From positions 1,178,001 to 1,242,000 of the forward strand of contig JBHGNT010000022.1 of assembly GCA_043228905.1 (NCBI GenBank): a stretch of DNA of 64,000 nucleotides. Reading direction: 5' to 3'. The position numbers were made by a program, and so were the translations under genes. Shown here piece by piece: positions 63,566 through 64,000 of the stretch (position 1 is its first letter; every line of letters starts with the position of its first letter). A model generated the notes under the pieces. It saw only the letters and a program-made list of their open reading frames with translations. It made no database searches and had not been told where the DNA came from. The DNA is from Azolla caroliniana (Eukaryota > Plantae > Polypodiophyta).

Positions 63566-64000
63566 CCTTGGCACTTTGTAAATGGGTCTTGCAGAATCTT
63601 CTTTGACACTCTGCTATGATTTTTTGCACAGAGATAGATAGTGCCTTTCACACAGATCTGAATTTATTTTGTGAAACCTTTTCGCTTTCTGATACAGCCA
63701 AGACGAAGCCCAATAGAATCCTTGCAATCATAGATTTCAACAGGAAACCCTAATTTCTGATCTTCAACGGATTCTTCAAGTTTGGCCTCTTTATCCTTGA
63801 GTTCATAAAAGAAAATGTTAGTTTGTTAGGTATAAACGCCAAGATGAAGCCAAGATGTAGATATTCAACATAAAAACCATAATGTGTCAGTCGGTATCAT
63901 AAGCTTGAATTCACAAAAGCAAATATTGTTTGTTTTGAAGAAAAAAATAAAGCCAGATTGTAGACTGCAATGTAATTTCCAAGAGGGAAACCCTAACCTC

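Overview
Eukaryotic plant nuclear DNA, most likely a non-seed plant (fern, lycophyte or bryophyte; inferred from the retrotransposon lineages). Most short ORFs in the supplied track are spurious. Positions 1-33.9 kb are a nested stack of LTR retrotransposons that can be unpicked from exact target-site duplications (TSDs). Copia A contains Copia C (4851-32385). C contains chromovirus D (6468-19590) and Copia F (21846-31560). D contains a solo LTR S and a very young pol-less element E; F contains a near-intact chromovirus G. Positions 33.9-42.9 kb hold an APE/RT LINE, a divergently oriented second ORF1-like gene, and a pogo DNA transposon inside the RT. Positions 43-64 kb are AT-rich host DNA with a 7-exon SERK-ectodomain-like LRR gene, an intron-containing tRNA-Met and an adenylyl-sulfate kinase gene. 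Most notable: (1) element E has identical LTRs, a tRNA-Trp primer site, a 4-bp TSD, no pol, and one intact 1404-aa ORF (Gag-like domain plus a higher-order repeat). (2) Elements B, D and G lack a tRNA primer site and show Tf1-like self-priming with covarying primer/PBS pairs, a hairpin that masks the primer, and a tRNA-like Pol III A/B-box module in U3. (3) Two different ORF1 types sit head-to-head at the LINE 5' end. All coordinates and alignments were read by eye.
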